Assembly (NCBI GenBank): GCA_964406585.1
Contig: CAYOSK010000001.1
Location: 5,191 to 69,190, forward strand
Length of the DNA: 64,000 nt
From: an uncultured Octadecabacter sp.
GTDB taxonomy: Bacteria; Pseudomonadota; Alphaproteobacteria; Rhodobacterales; Rhodobacteraceae
Reading direction: 5' to 3'
Shown here: piece by piece, positions 10,050 to 19,567 of the stretch
Numbering within the stretch: the first letter of the stretch is position 1
Layout of the letters: the number at the start of each line of letters is the position of its first letter
The notes under the pieces: generated by a model
Told to the model about the DNA's origin: nothing
Seen by the model: only the letters and a program-made list of their open reading frames with translations
Database searches by the model: none
Made by a program: the position numbers and the translations under genes

Positions 10050-10136
10050 TGGTGCGGTCGGGGGGACTCGAACCCCCACGAGTGTTACCTCACAGCGACC
10101 TCAACGCTGCGCGTCTACCAATTCCGCCACGACCGC
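10050..10136 (-). tRNA. tRNA-Leu (GAG)
   Basis: Reverse complement reads GCGGTCGTGGCGGAATTGGTAGACGCGCAGCGTTGAGGTCGCTG...GGGGGTTCGAGTCCCCCCGACCGCACCA. Anticodon loop TTGAGGT, long variable arm, encoded CCA. Confidence 0.97.
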
Positions 10137-10203
10137 ATGATCCAAGCGTGAGAGGCGTGTAGCCAACCGTCGCTTCCACCTCAAGGACAAAATGGATGTC
10201 GCC

Positions 10204-10689
10204 TTACGAAACACGACCCATGTGCCAGCGTCGCAGGTAAAACAATCCAACAAAACCGATGCCGATCAACAGATAACCAAGATCGGATGGCCCGCCAAAC
10301 ACGATACGGTTCAAAACCCGCCCCGGCAAAAGCGTCAGAAGGCCTGCAATCCCCATAGCCCCGAACCAAACGGCCTGCATCGCCGCGCGATGCAATGCAA
10401 TGTTGCGCTTGCGAATTTGGTACAGGCCGTCCGCCACGCCCCATATGGCATAAAGGCTAAGAAGGTGGATCGGACCGAAATGGGCGATCACCGCGATTTC
10501 GCTTTGGATAAACAGACCAGAAACGGAAAGGCCGACAATTGCGATGATCCAAATGTATCCCACGGTTTTGTGTATACGATCTCTCTGCTTTCGAAACAGA
10601 GCGACAGGTCCAAGAAACAAAGCCAAAAAGGCAAAGGCCGCATGGGTCTGAATTTCAAACGCAGCGTTCAAAAGGGGATCAAACATCAC
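10204..10689 (-). CDS. DUF2306-like membrane protein (paralog 2)
   Basis: About 5 TM segments. IQTH, HKTVGY, FGPIHLLS, HRAAM and LLPGR motifs. Clearly similar to the adjacent gene. Confidence 0.8.
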   Translation of the reverse strand: MMFDPLLNAAFEIQTHAAFAFLALFLGPVALFRKQRDRIHKTVGYIWIIAIVGLSVSGLFIQSEIAVIAHFGPIHLLSLYAIWGVADGLYQIRKRNIALHRAAMQAVWFGAMGIAGLLTLLPGRVLNRIVFGGPSDLGYLLIGIGFVGLFYLRRWHMGRVS

Positions 10690-10693
10690 GACC

Positions 10694-11188
10694 TCACACA
10701 GCTAATGACGCGCGTGTCTGGCGTGGAATCGCCGCCCGCGACACAATCACGATACCGCCAAGGCCAATAACGATCCAACCCAAATGGTCCGCGCCTGCAA
10801 ATAAGGCCTCGTTAGACATCCGACCCGGAAGGAAATTCGCAAGGCCCGCGGCCCAAAGACCGAACCAGTAGAGGTTTCGAAAGACCGTTTCATGGGCACG
10901 GATTTGCCCGCGTCGCGCCATCGCAATCCCCGTCCACAAGGACCAGAATGTCAAAAGAGCAAACCCATGAAGGGGGCTGAATGGGCCAATCACCGCAAAG
11001 CTGTGGATGAAGAACGCCGACAGGGCCACGGTGAACATCGCGATGACCCAGATGTATCCGCTTATTTTGTGAATCACATCGCGTTTTCTACGATAGAGTG
11101 GCAGTGGCCCAAGACAAACGGCGGTCACAGCCGCTGCTGCGTGAATTTGAATATAGATCGGCGCGTTTAGGAATGGTTCAAATGACAT
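10694..11188 (-). CDS. DUF2306-like membrane protein (paralog 1)
   Basis: IQIH, HKISGY, FSPLHGFA, AHETVF and FLPGR motifs. RBS-like GAAAGG upstream. Confidence 0.8.
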   Translation of the reverse strand: MSFEPFLNAPIYIQIHAAAAVTAVCLGPLPLYRRKRDVIHKISGYIWVIAMFTVALSAFFIHSFAVIGPFSPLHGFALLTFWSLWTGIAMARRGQIRAHETVFRNLYWFGLWAAGLANFLPGRMSNEALFAGADHLGWIVIGLGGIVIVSRAAIPRQTRASLAV

Positions 11189-11288
11189 ATGTTGACCTTT
11201 CGGTTTGGCGTTTTGATTTCAATTGCATATGTCTTATCCGACCCCGCCGTTCATCCGAGCGCGCATACGCCACACACGGAAAAACCAC

Positions 11289-12053
11289 GTGAACGACCCT
11301 GCCCCGCAATCCGCGCTTCGTGAATGGCGAACACATATGGCCTCCCATACGCGCCTTGCTAGCTTTGCGGGGGCTGCGGCCATTTTGGCAGTGATGGGCC
11401 CTTTCAACACGGATGAGGTCATGCGTCTGGTTCCGCGGCTGGCCTATTGGGCCGTTATCGTCACCGTTTGCTATTCCATCGGATACGCGAGCAATTTGCT
11501 CGCTGAACACTGGGCCAAGTCCAAGGGTGTGATCGTTCGCATAGCGATTGCAGCCCCTCTTACGTCGTTGGGGGTTTTGGCGTTTATCTACCTGCTGAAC
11601 GGTTTGGCGATCGGGTTTTGGCCCACCGGGTTCACGCTGCTTATCCTCGCCGTCAACGTGCTGGTCATATCATCAATCATCACGGTGGTGTTTTATGTGG
11701 CCAACCTTGAACAAGACGCGGCAAGCCCCCCCGCACCACCTGCGTTACTCGATCGACTGCCGTTCGACAAACGCGCGCCGCTGGTGGCAGTGTCAGTTGA
11801 AGATCACTACGTCCGCATCCGCACCACCAAAGGGGAAGAATTGGTTTTGATGCGGTTGGCCGACGCCATGCGCGAAGTCGGGGACATAACTGGGTTGCAG
11901 GTTCATAGGTCCCATTGGGTTGCGTTGGATCAAGTTCGCGCGGCCAGCCGCAAAGGCGACGGCGCCGTGCTCAGCATGTCACACGGCCCCGACATTGCCG
12001 TTAGCCGCAGCAATGTCACCAAAATTAAGGAGGCTGGGCTTTTGCCCAAGTAA
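11289..12053 (+). CDS. Membrane-anchored LytTR-domain DNA-binding regulator
   Basis: Four N-terminal TM segments and a C-terminal LytTR domain ([23 protein letters not shown]). Start uncertain; GTG 11289 chosen. Confidence 0.88.
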   Translation: MNDPAPQSALREWRTHMASHTRLASFAGAAAILAVMGPFNTDEVMRLVPRLAYWAVIVTVCYSIGYASNLLAEHWAKSKGVIVRIAIAAPLTSLGVLAFIYLLNGLAIGFWPTGFTLLILAVNVLVISSIITVVFYVANLEQDAASPPAPPALLDRLPFDKRAPLVAVSVEDHYVRIRTTKGEELVLMRLADAMREVGDITGLQVHRSHWVALDQVRAASRKGDGAVLSMSHGPDIAVSRSNVTKIKEAGLLPK

Positions 12054-12055
12054 AT

Positions 12056-12715
12056 ATGGTCGATTGGATCACAGCGCCAGGACTAACCTCCTATGAAGAT
12101 GCCGTTACATTTATGGAAGCGCGCGCGGATGCCATTCATGCGGGGACAGCCGCCGAATGCATATGGTTGGTCGAACACCCTGCCCTTTACACGGCTGGGA
12201 CGTCATCAAAACCCGAAGACCTCACTGATCCCAACCGCTTTGAGGTTCACCAAACCAAAAGAGGCGGACAATATACCTACCATGGGCCCGGCCAGCGTGT
12301 CGCCTACGTCATGCTTGATGTCGGCAAACGGGGCCACGACGTGCGTCGTTTCGTACAAGATTTGGAAAATTGGGTCATCGCAACGCTCGATCAATTCAAC
12401 GTCAAAGGTGAAATCCGCGAAGGCCGCGTCGGGGTTTGGGTCCAGCGCGACGACAAGCCCCTAACCGCCCTTGGCACACCCGCTGAAGACAAAATCGCCG
12501 CCATTGGCATCCGCCTTCGCAAATGGGTTAGCTTTCATGGGCTGTCCATCAATGTCGAACCCGACCTCAGCCATTTTGATGGCATCGTGCCCTGCGGCAT
12601 CACTGAACACGGGGTAACATCGTTGGTAGACCTTGGCCTGCCCGTGACAATCGACGATCTGGATGTTGCCCTGCGTAAAACCTTCGCCCAGTCCGTGACA
12701 CCCTATCAGCCATGA
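12056..12715 (+). CDS. lipB: Lipoyl(octanoyl) transferase LipB
   Basis: [27 protein letters not shown] and IVPCGI motifs. Confidence 0.96.
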   Translation: MVDWITAPGLTSYEDAVTFMEARADAIHAGTAAECIWLVEHPALYTAGTSSKPEDLTDPNRFEVHQTKRGGQYTYHGPGQRVAYVMLDVGKRGHDVRRFVQDLENWVIATLDQFNVKGEIREGRVGVWVQRDDKPLTALGTPAEDKIAAIGIRLRKWVSFHGLSINVEPDLSHFDGIVPCGITEHGVTSLVDLGLPVTIDDLDVALRKTFAQSVTPYQP

Positions 12716-12752
12716 TCTCGATTGCGCGCCCTTTTTTGCCCATGGAGCGCCC

Positions 12753-14018
12753 ATGAACAAGTCGGCCTTCGTTCAGATCCTTTGCATAGCAATCATCATT
12801 GTGATGGCGCTAGAAAGCATACGGCAATCGCTGACAGTGCATTCCGCTGATTTATTGGCCCTTTGGCTTGCAGGGGTATTTTGGGATTTGGGGCAGACGG
12901 ATCAGATTTATCCTGCTGCTGCGCCTCTTTTCAAAATGCTGCCGCCAAACGGCTGGCCCGCTTACGTTTTGGAAACATTCGGCGAAGTCGAAATCTATCC
13001 CTATCTATATCCGCCGATATGGGCTGTGGTGATGTCTTGGTTGGTTCCGACCACGTCTTTTGCGACATTCGATCTGGCGCTGTCCGTATTTCATCATCTT
13101 TGTGTTATTGGCGTTGTGATATGTGCCGCGCGGCTGTTGGGTGTCCAGAACCGCACGACAGCCATAATTTTCACTGCAATCACGTTTGCCGCCATCGTGT
13201 TGACCATTCCTGTTACCGCCGGGCTTGATCAGAACCAGCCCCAAATGCTGGTGAGTTTTCTGATCGTTCTGGCGTTCGAACGGGCACATTCTGGTTGGTT
13301 GAAAACCGCAGGTGCCACCTTGGCGCTTGCCGCCGCCATTAAAATATCACCATTGTTGTTTGTCGTCATCTTCGTTGCGCGGCGCCAATGGGGCGCAGTA
13401 GCCGCATTCTGTGTGGCGGGTGCGGCTTTGGGGGCAATGTCGGTGTTGTTGGCCGGTTGGCCAATCCATAAAGAGTTCCTCGATTTGTTACGCACAATTT
13501 CTGGATCCGTCATCATCACGAACTTTTCCTTTTCGATCGATGCTGTGGCTGTACGGATGTTCTTTGGCGATCAAGCTGTCTTCGTCACCCAACCCTTCCA
13601 AGAGACCCTTCCAGGTGGATGGGGCGCCTACGCCAAACCAGACCTGTGGCGAGCGATCAGTATTATCGCCCAGCTTGGTGCGCTGTTTTGGGTTGCAGTC
13701 ATGGCGGCGAAACGGCCCAACAGCCCAGTCATCCTGCCCATCGCTGCCGTCATCTTCACGCTGATTGCGCCACTGGGCTGGAGTTATAGTTATCTAACAG
13801 CATTGGCCTTTACCGGCGCATTGCCCATGCGACTTGGACGTTTGGGCTGGATTTTGTGTTTTGTTTTGATTGTATTTTTTCTTCCAGCGCTTGTTCCCCT
13901 AACATCGGGCACGGGGTACGGCGGCCCAAATGTTTTCCAAATGGTTGGCAGCGGATTAATGGCTGTTTTAGCCATCTCGCTCTGGATGGCGTTTGAGCGT
14001 GACTCGCGCAATTCCTAA
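12753..14018 (+). CDS. GT87/DUF2029-like (GT-C) integral membrane glycosyltransferase
   Basis: Multi-TM protein with PYLYPP, NQPQ and ALAAAIKISP motifs. Confidence 0.7.
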   Translation: MNKSAFVQILCIAIIIVMALESIRQSLTVHSADLLALWLAGVFWDLGQTDQIYPAAAPLFKMLPPNGWPAYVLETFGEVEIYPYLYPPIWAVVMSWLVPTTSFATFDLALSVFHHLCVIGVVICAARLLGVQNRTTAIIFTAITFAAIVLTIPVTAGLDQNQPQMLVSFLIVLAFERAHSGWLKTAGATLALAAAIKISPLLFVVIFVARRQWGAVAAFCVAGAALGAMSVLLAGWPIHKEFLDLLRTISGSVIITNFSFSIDAVAVRMFFGDQAVFVTQPFQETLPGGWGAYAKPDLWRAISIIAQLGALFWVAVMAAKRPNSPVILPIAAVIFTLIAPLGWSYSYLTALAFTGALPMRLGRLGWILCFVLIVFFLPALVPLTSGTGYGGPNVFQMVGSGLMAVLAISLWMAFERDSRNS

Positions 14019-14160
14019 AGGCATCACCTGCGCCAATTTTACCCACTTAAAGGGGCACATCTAGGATTGCCCCCTGCCAGTCGACGCCCTAAAACCAACC
14101 CAAGCCTAGGGGCGAGTCCATTCGCCCCTTACAAGATTCGCCATTCTAAGGGAGCGCCAC

Positions 14161-15834
14161 ATGGTAGACGCAGCCGCCCACGACCACGGGCATGAAGACG
14201 ACCGCGGGTTCTTTACTCGCTGGTTTATGTCCACCAACCACAAAGACATCGGTATTTTGTACCTATTCGTATCAGGTTTCGTCGGGTTCTTGTCCGTCGC
14301 CTTTACCGTTTACATGCGGATGGAGCTTATGAACCCCGGCGTTCAATACATGTGTCTGGAAGGCGCACGCCTGTTCCCGGCCGCATTGGAGGAATGTACA
14401 CCCAACGGCCACCTTTGGAACGTCATGATTACTTATCACGGCGTCCTGATGATGTTCTTTGTTGTCATTCCGGCCTTGTTTGGCGGGTTTGGTAACTACT
14501 TCATGCCTTTGCAAATCGGCGCACCGGACATGGCGTTTCCACGCCTGAACAACTTGTCTTTCTGGCTGTTCTGTACGGGTGTTGCGCTTGGCGTTGCATC
14601 CCTGCTGGCCCCCGGTGGGAACGGTCAGGCAGGTTCCGGTGTGGGCTGGGTCCTTTACCCGCCCTTGTCGACATCTGAACAAGGCATCTCCATGGACCTC
14701 GCAATTTTTGCGGTCCACGTATCAGGTGCGTCTTCTATCCTTGGCGCGATCAACATGATCACAACGTTCCTGAACATGCGCGCACCGGGAATGACCCTCC
14801 ACAAAGTACCCCTGTTTGCTTGGTCGATCTTCGTGACTGCGTGGCTGATCCTTCTGGCGCTGCCTGTTCTCGCTGGTGCGATCACAATGCTGCTGATGGA
14901 CCGCAACTTTGGCACGACGTTCTTTGATCCAGCCGGTGGCGGTGATCCGATCTTGTACCAGCACATCCTGTGGTTCTTTGGCCACCCTGAGGTGTACATC
15001 ATTGTCGTGCCTGCCTTCGGCATCATCAGCCACATCATTTCAACGTTCTCACGCAAGCCGATCTTCGGATACCTTCCGATGGTCTATGCGATGGTCGCGA
15101 TTGGTGCGTTGGGCTTCGTAGTTTGGGCACACCATATGTACACCGTCGGCATGTCTCTGACGCAGCAGTCTTACTTCATGCTCGCCACAATGGTGATTGC
15201 GGTCCCTACGGGGGTTAAGATCTTTAGCTGGATCGCAACAATGTGGGGCGGCTCTGTAACCTTCAAAACACCGATGCTTTGGGCAATGGGCTTTTTGTTC
15301 TTGTTCACGGTGGGTGGCGTAACGGGCATCGTTCTGTCACAAGCGGGCGTCGACCGTGCATACCATGACACATATTACGTCGTTGCACACTTCCACTATG
15401 TGATGAGCTTGGGCGCTGTGTTCGGCATCTTCGCAGGCATCTATTTCTACCTGCCGAAAATGTCCGGTCGTATGATCCCCGAATGGGCAGGTAAACTGCA
15501 CTTCTGGGCGATGTTCATCGGTGCGAACATCACGTTCTTCCCGCAACACTTCTTGGGTCGCAACGGCATGCCACGCCGTTACATCGACTACAATGAGGCG
15601 TTTGCGCTCTGGAACTACGTGTCCTCTATCGGTGCATTCATTTCCTTCGCGTCCTTCGTGTTCTTCATTGTGATCTTGTTCAAGACGCTGCTGAGCCCGA
15701 AAAACGCGACAGAACCGAACCCTTGGGGCGAATTCGCTGATACGCTGGAATGGACACTTCCATCCCCGCCACCTGAGCACACGTTCGAAATCCTGCCCAA
15801 GCAGGAAGACTGGGACAAACAGCCGAGCCACTAA
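14161..15834 (+). CDS. ctaD: aa3-type cytochrome c oxidase subunit I
   Basis: [30 protein letters not shown] and GMPRRY motifs. Confidence 0.98.
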   Translation: MVDAAAHDHGHEDDRGFFTRWFMSTNHKDIGILYLFVSGFVGFLSVAFTVYMRMELMNPGVQYMCLEGARLFPAALEECTPNGHLWNVMITYHGVLMMFFVVIPALFGGFGNYFMPLQIGAPDMAFPRLNNLSFWLFCTGVALGVASLLAPGGNGQAGSGVGWVLYPPLSTSEQGISMDLAIFAVHVSGASSILGAINMITTFLNMRAPGMTLHKVPLFAWSIFVTAWLILLALPVLAGAITMLLMDRNFGTTFFDPAGGGDPILYQHILWFFGHPEVYIIVVPAFGIISHIISTFSRKPIFGYLPMVYAMVAIGALGFVVWAHHMYTVGMSLTQQSYFMLATMVIAVPTGVKIFSWIATMWGGSVTFKTPMLWAMGFLFLFTVGGVTGIVLSQAGVDRAYHDTYYVVAHFHYVMSLGAVFGIFAGIYFYLPKMSGRMIPEWAGKLHFWAMFIGANITFFPQHFLGRNGMPRRYIDYNEAFALWNYVSSIGAFISFASFVFFIVILFKTLLSPKNATEPNPWGEFADTLEWTLPSPPPEHTFEILPKQEDWDKQPSH

Positions 15835-15858
15835 TGCCGGTTTGACCTGAAATTTCGT

Positions 15859-15893
15859 AAGGCCCCGGCGGAAACGTCGGGGCCTTTTTCTTT
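15859..15893 (+). terminator. Rho-independent terminator after ctaD
   Basis: AAGGCCCCGGCG-GAAA-CGTCGGGGCCTTTTT. Confidence 0.85.
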
Positions 15894-15913
15894 GCCCAAA
15901 AGAAGTATCAAAC

Positions 15914-16459
15914 ATGCTTTATCTATGGCCATTGCTGATCCTTGCACTGCCACTGATCATGACGCTCGCAGCGGCAAGGTCTGCTTGGATTTGGGCTGCA
16001 CTCTTTCTAAGCGCTGCGGGCCTTTTTGCGTCGGCGGCACTATCGTCCTACTCACTCGCGTCTGGCGGTATGGGGCTGCCTCTGGGCCCGTTGTTGGGTG
16101 ACCCCGACGATCCTATGGGCGTGGCCCGCACCTTTCATTTTGCAGAAATCCGCAGACTGACGCTGACATTCCTGCCCAGCTTGATCCCAGCCCTTGTATT
16201 ACTGTGGCCGCGCCATCCGCGACGCTCCCAATTGGATGTCGCCTTGTTCTGGGTCTTCGCGGGCTTTGCTTGGTCGCAACTCTACTTGCCGACCTTGATT
16301 CTGGGACAAACAGGGATGCCACGCACCTACGTTGAATTCAACGACACACTCGTGATGGCAACGGGCCTGGCAAAATTCGCGGGTTGGCTGGCCCTCGCCA
16401 CACTCGTTCTGGCCACGCTGCGACCTATCTTTGTGGTGGTGAGCAACCGGAGAACCTGA
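15914..16459 (+). CDS. Hydrophobic membrane protein resembling the C-terminal helices of CtaD
   Basis: About 5 TM segments. LILGQTGMPRTYVEFND aligns with Cta[18 protein letters not shown], and ARTFHF aligns with VAHFHY. Confidence 0.7.
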   Translation: MLYLWPLLILALPLIMTLAAARSAWIWAALFLSAAGLFASAALSSYSLASGGMGLPLGPLLGDPDDPMGVARTFHFAEIRRLTLTFLPSLIPALVLLWPRHPRRSQLDVALFWVFAGFAWSQLYLPTLILGQTGMPRTYVEFNDTLVMATGLAKFAGWLALATLVLATLRPIFVVVSNRRT

Positions 16460-16460
16460 A

Positions 16461-16970
16461 ATGCCCTACGAATGGATCACCCCACAGGACGCCGCGACCA
16501 AATCAGCCCCTAAGGCAGAATTGCACCTGTGGCCCTACCGTTCATTGCTGCGCCGCGATTTCGTGACCTTCATCGGCGGCACAATGGCACTCGTTGCCCT
16601 GCCCCTAATCGCCCTGCTTGGTACGCCCGTTGTCTGGGGCTTGTTGCCGTTTTTTGGGCTTGCATTGGGTGGCATCTGGTACGCGATCAACCGCAGTTAC
16701 AAAGATGGTGAAATCCTCGAAGAATTGCGTATTTGGCCTGACCGGATGACGCTGGATCACATGCACCCGCGCAATGGACATAAATCCTGGGAAGCCAATC
16801 CGTATTGGGTGCAAGTCAAAATCGATCCCAAACACGAACGGATCAAAAACTACGTCACACTAAAAGGCAACGACCGCGAGGTCGAGCTGGGCGCATTTTT
16901 ATCAGTAGACGAACGCGCGGTACTTTATGATGAGATCGACCACAAACTGCGCGATATTCTTAGACCCTAG
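16461..16970 (+). CDS. DUF2244-like membrane protein
   Basis: LWPYRSL, two TMs, W..NPYWV and REVELGAFLS motifs. Commonly found near ctaD. Confidence 0.8.
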   Translation: MPYEWITPQDAATKSAPKAELHLWPYRSLLRRDFVTFIGGTMALVALPLIALLGTPVVWGLLPFFGLALGGIWYAINRSYKDGEILEELRIWPDRMTLDHMHPRNGHKSWEANPYWVQVKIDPKHERIKNYVTLKGNDREVELGAFLSVDERAVLYDEIDHKLRDILRP

Positions 16971-17039
16971 CGAAGCGTCAATCACCCAAGGCGCAGGTTT
17001 CGGGTCGCCCTTCTATGATCGCCTCAGTACACCCGTGTC

Positions 17040-17951
17040 ATGACACAACAGCGCACCATTCCGACCCAAGCCTGGATAGAACTTTGCCTATTGGCTCTGA
17101 TCTGGGGCGGCAGTTTCCTCGCGATCCGGCTCGCCCTGAACGAAGTCAACTTCGTAACCTCTGTGGCGCACCGCGTCTTTTGGGCCAGTGTCATTTTATG
17201 GGTCTATGTCATAGCGCGTGGGCTTGCAGTGCCGCGCGACCCAAAAATCTGGGGCGCCTTGTTCATGATGGGCGTGTTAAATAACGTCATCCCGTTCAGC
17301 TTGATGGCGTGGGGACAGCTATATATCCCGACGGGCCTGACATCCGTGTTTAACGCCGGCACTGCAATTTTCGGCGTCATAGTCGCCGCAATCTTGCTGT
17401 CGGATGAACGTTTAACGCTGCGCAAGACCATCGGTTCGGCGATTGGGTTCTTTGGCGTGGCAACGGCCATAGGTTTGGACAGTTTTCGCAGCTTTGACAT
17501 AACGTCGCTTGCACAGTTGGCCGTGGTGGCAGGTACGGTTTCCTATGCCTTTGCCAGTGTTTGGGCGCGCGTCAATTTGGCTGGGCTGTCCCCGCAGGTA
17601 TCCGCAGCGGGTATGTTAACGGGATCATCAATCGTGATGGTACCGGCCGCGTTCTTCATTGATGGCGTGCCGTCGTTCGATCTGAGCGTCACAGCCATCA
17701 GCGCCATCGCATATTACGTTATTTTCGCCACCGCCGGGGCGTATTTGCTCTATTACCGTATCATTGCAGCAGCGGGTGCAGCCAACGCCATGATTGTAAC
17801 ATTGCTGATCCCGCCTGTTTCTATTGTGCTCGGGGCTGTTGTGTTAAAGGAAAGCTTGTCGTCTAACGTTTATGTCGGGCTGGCGTTGCTGGCGGTTGGT
17901 CTGTTGATCCTTGATGGACGATTGTTTGCGCGTTACCGAAGCCCCGCTTGA
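17040..17951 (+). CDS. DMT/EamA family transporter
   Basis: LALIWGGSF start and 10 TM segments in two EamA halves. Confidence 0.88.
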   Translation: MTQQRTIPTQAWIELCLLALIWGGSFLAIRLALNEVNFVTSVAHRVFWASVILWVYVIARGLAVPRDPKIWGALFMMGVLNNVIPFSLMAWGQLYIPTGLTSVFNAGTAIFGVIVAAILLSDERLTLRKTIGSAIGFFGVATAIGLDSFRSFDITSLAQLAVVAGTVSYAFASVWARVNLAGLSPQVSAAGMLTGSSIVMVPAAFFIDGVPSFDLSVTAISAIAYYVIFATAGAYLLYYRIIAAAGAANAMIVTLLIPPVSIVLGAVVLKESLSSNVYVGLALLAVGLLILDGRLFARYRSPA

Positions 17952-18856
17952 CGCATTTTGGCGGCTAAATCCGGGTCGAACTGCTGCGCGCGCGCATAAG
18001 GTGTATCACCGAATTCGTCCTTTTGGGTCGGATCGGCCCCAGCGCGCACCAAAGCACGAATAAACTGGGGCGTCAGCGCCCGCGTATCTGATAAGAAAAA
18101 CAACGCCGATGCGTCGCCACCGACCGGCGCGTTCAAATCAACACCTGCACCGACCAAGGCCTGCATTTCGCCTGTGTTTGCTTTGCGCAGCACGCGCTCA
18201 AGCGGCGAACGCCCCCGCGACAAGGGTTGGGTTGGGCTCAGGCCGGCCTGAAAAAGCATTCGCAAAATCTCGCCGTTGTCAGCATCGCTTAGGATCGTGC
18301 GTTCCACCATGCCATGCCCGTTTGATCTATCGCGAATATGAATGTCTGCCCCAGCGTTGATGAGCATTTCGACCGCTTGGATATTATTGGACCATATGGC
18401 CGACGCAAGCGGCTGTGGCGCATCCCGTTTACCTGACCCATCCGGGTTAGATCCCGCAGCGAGCAGGATCTCCAGCATATCGTTGTCGTCTTGAATAACC
18501 ATCGACGTGACAGGGTGATTGGCCGTATTGCGGCGCGCGTTCACATCAGCACCTGCAGCGATAAGGCGCCTCAGCGATTGCTCGTCGCCCCAATAAGCCG
18601 CACTAGATAGGGGCGTCCGGCCCCAATCACTCAGCTCTTCGAGGTTGCCACCAGCGGCGATGCAGGCTGCCAACGCACTTTGATCGGCCTGTTCGCGGTC
18701 GGTGCGGATGAAGGTACGTTCATCCAATATATCACCAAGGCTGCAGGCAGATGTCATGTCTGCGGTGAAAGGTGCAGGTTCACCTATTGGCGATGACACA
18801 TCAGGCTGGCATGCCGCAGTCGCGGTGACAAATGCCAATGTAAGAATTACGCGCAT
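17933..18856 (-). CDS. Ankyrin-repeat lipoprotein
   Basis: Lipobox TAAC after a hydrophobic leader. Repeats GRTPLSSAA..LIAAGADVN, LINAGADIH and GADPTQKDEFGDTP. Confidence 0.8.
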   Translation of the reverse strand: MRVILTLAFVTATAACQPDVSSPIGEPAPFTADMTSACSLGDILDERTFIRTDREQADQSALAACIAAGGNLEELSDWGRTPLSSAAYWGDEQSLRRLIAAGADVNARRNTANHPVTSMVIQDDNDMLEILLAAGSNPDGSGKRDAPQPLASAIWSNNIQAVEMLINAGADIHIRDRSNGHGMVERTILSDADNGEILRMLFQAGLSPTQPLSRGRSPLERVLRKANTGEMQALVGAGVDLNAPVGGDASALFFLSDTRALTPQFIRALVRAGADPTQKDEFGDTPYARAQQFDPDLAAKMRQAGLR

Positions 18857-18922
18857 AGCGGGTCTCTCCAAATATCTTTGCCAATATTTGCAAGACCCGC
18901 GCCCCATATGCAAATTATGCGT

Positions 18923-19390
18923 CTATCCGAGCTTGGATTTCACCATGCCGCCAGCTTTTCCAAAATCTATCTGGCCTGTGAATTTGCTTTTCAGGACCCC
19001 CATCACCTTGCCCATATCACGGATGCTGTCCGCGCCAACCGATTGGATTGCAGCGTCAATTTCGGCCGCGACTTCGTGATCGCTCAGCTGTTTGGGAAGA
19101 AACTCTTCGATGATCTTGATCTCAGACAGTTCCTTTTCAGCCAATTCAAGGCGCCCGCCTTCTTCATAGACCTTCGCGCTTTCTTGGCGCTGTTTGACCA
19201 TCTTTCCCATAATACCAAGGACAACATCGTCGCCTACGCTTTCGTCGCTGCCTGTTCCACGCAATTCGATATCACGGTCTTTGATGGCTGCGTTGATCAA
19301 ACGCAGCGTCGAAAGACGATCCGCTTCTTTGGCTTTCATCGCCTCTTTGAGGGCCGTTCCAACCCGTGCGCGCAATTCCATTTCAGTCAT
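18923..19390 (-). CDS. GatB/YqeY domain protein
   Basis: LKEAMKAK..RLSTLRLI, KQRQES and DMGKVMG motifs. Confidence 0.92.
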   Translation of the reverse strand: MTEMELRARVGTALKEAMKAKEADRLSTLRLINAAIKDRDIELRGTGSDESVGDDVVLGIMGKMVKQRQESAKVYEEGGRLELAEKELSEIKIIEEFLPKQLSDHEVAAEIDAAIQSVGADSIRDMGKVMGVLKSKFTGQIDFGKAGGMVKSKLG

Positions 19391-19567
19391 CCCTGATTGA
19401 TGTGAGCGGTAACAAGAGGTGACAATACTCTGGAAACCGAAACAAAAACAAGCACAGTAATGCAACGTCACACGGACCGCTTGACCCTAAGCATTGCGCC
19501 CCCTAGATAGCGGGAAGTTTGGCCGCTGACCTGCCGCGCGGCCCGTATAAATCGGGGGATTTGACAG

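Noticed and set aside
9881-10162. 93-aa plus-strand ORF
   Set aside because: It is an antisense translation across tRNA-Leu (MVRSGGLEPP is the typical tRNA shadow).
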